A stretch of 64,000 nt of DNA from Spironucleus salmonicida. Lineage: Eukaryota. The DNA is taken from NCBI RefSeq assembly GCF_000497125.1, contig NC_090598.1:558001-622000 (forward strand), given 5' to 3'. Both the position numbers and the translations under genes were made by a program. Shown here one piece after another: positions 63,216-64,000 of this stretch. The number at the start of each line of letters is the position of its first letter. Position 1 is the stretch's first letter. A model generated the notes under the pieces. That model was given only the letters and a program-made list of their open reading frames with translations. It was not told where the DNA came from and made no database searches.

Positions 63216-63652
63216 AAGGGACACGAGTTCGGCCGCTGGCGCCGAAACGCCACAGGAACTGACGATTTTGAGGGTTTTGAGGAAGATAATTTTGAGGGAG
63301 CGAAAAGTTGGTTTCGAATTCGAATTAATTCAAGTTTTTGGGCGTTTTCGGTTTTCCAGGACATAAAAAGTGCGTGCTGGTGCGCGTTGGCGGCAGCGGC
63401 GGCCTGGGACGTCAGCTCTGTTGGTTTGTAGAACTGGTGACTGGGTGGAGGCGCTTGGCTGCTTAAATGCATCGTTTAGCTGTTGGGTGTGGAAAACTGA
63501 TATTAATTTGCAATTTAGTCGATTATCGGGGCGATTTTCGGCTCCAGTGGAGGATGCTTTGCTGAAAGCGCTGCAGGTAATGCGATGAAGGATTTTCGCG
63601 GTTTCTGGGCAGTCAGAATCGCGAGTTTCGTGTTCGGCTGCGAGACGTTCAT
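63131..63652 (-). CDS. Hypothetical protein, 173 aa, overlapping the 3' end of the MAEL-like gene
   Basis: Supplied ORF 63131-63472 extends through TAA to ATG 63652. Confidence 0.6.
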
Positions 63653-64000
63653 TTGGGGTTAGGAAGTTAGCTATTTCTGATATAATAATGATGATGATGA
63701 GTTTCTTCAGTTTCTGTTTTTACGCGTTTCTGTAGTAATTTGGGAAGCATTCTTGGTTGTTGGGGTAGCGGATAGCAGTGTGAAGTAAGGGCGGGTAGTG
63801 CGTATGATAAATGCAGAGTAAAGAAAAATCATATGGACTGGAATTTAAATGGTATTATATGGTTTTTAGTGCAGATAGAACTTAGTTAAAAATGTTAAAT
63901 TTAATTTATAGGCACATGTTTCTAGCGCGATTAACTATAGCTATAGAAGCTACTGCTAGATTATTGTAATATTAATAGAATTAATTGATATATTTTCGCT

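Noticed and set aside
1-64000. CRISPR array, rRNA, tRNA, telomeric repeats, introns
   Set aside because: None recognised by eye; small RNAs in AT-rich gaps cannot be excluded without covariance-model searches

Overview
Eukaryotic, gene-dense, apparently intron-less DNA from a hexamitid diplomonad (Spironucleus-like; species is my inference). It uses the alternative nuclear code in which TAA/TAG = Gln and TGA is the only stop: ubiquitin starts ATG TAG ATC TTC = MQIF, and conserved domains read straight through TAA/TAG. The supplied standard-code ORF track is therefore mostly fragments and shadow frames, so I re-translated genes by hand and coordinates may carry small errors. About 50 CDS are supportable, including an LRR protein, a sugar O-acetyltransferase, MFS and MATE transporters, an EFM7-like methyltransferase, C2H2 and Myb proteins, ubiquitin x2, RRP36, a miniature SF3A2/Prp11, cysteine-rich membrane proteins, a copine/vWA protein, DNAAF4 x2, an ERCC6-like SNF2 ATPase, a TBC Rab-GAP, eIF2B-delta and a DEDDh+ECHC Maelstrom-like nuclease. 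Two near-perfect inverted segmental repeats dominate the structure: 1.3 kb arms (6735-8030 / 17390-18685) and 8 kb arms (35135-43117 / 48128-56109). Both are GC-enriched in an AT-rich background, and in the small repeat the GC drop falls at the repeat edge inside a gene, suggesting arm-to-arm GC-biased gene conversion. Many genes have a TCAYT-like element just before the ATG and end in NAG-TGA (AGTGA). No rRNA, tRNA, CRISPR array or transposase was recognised.
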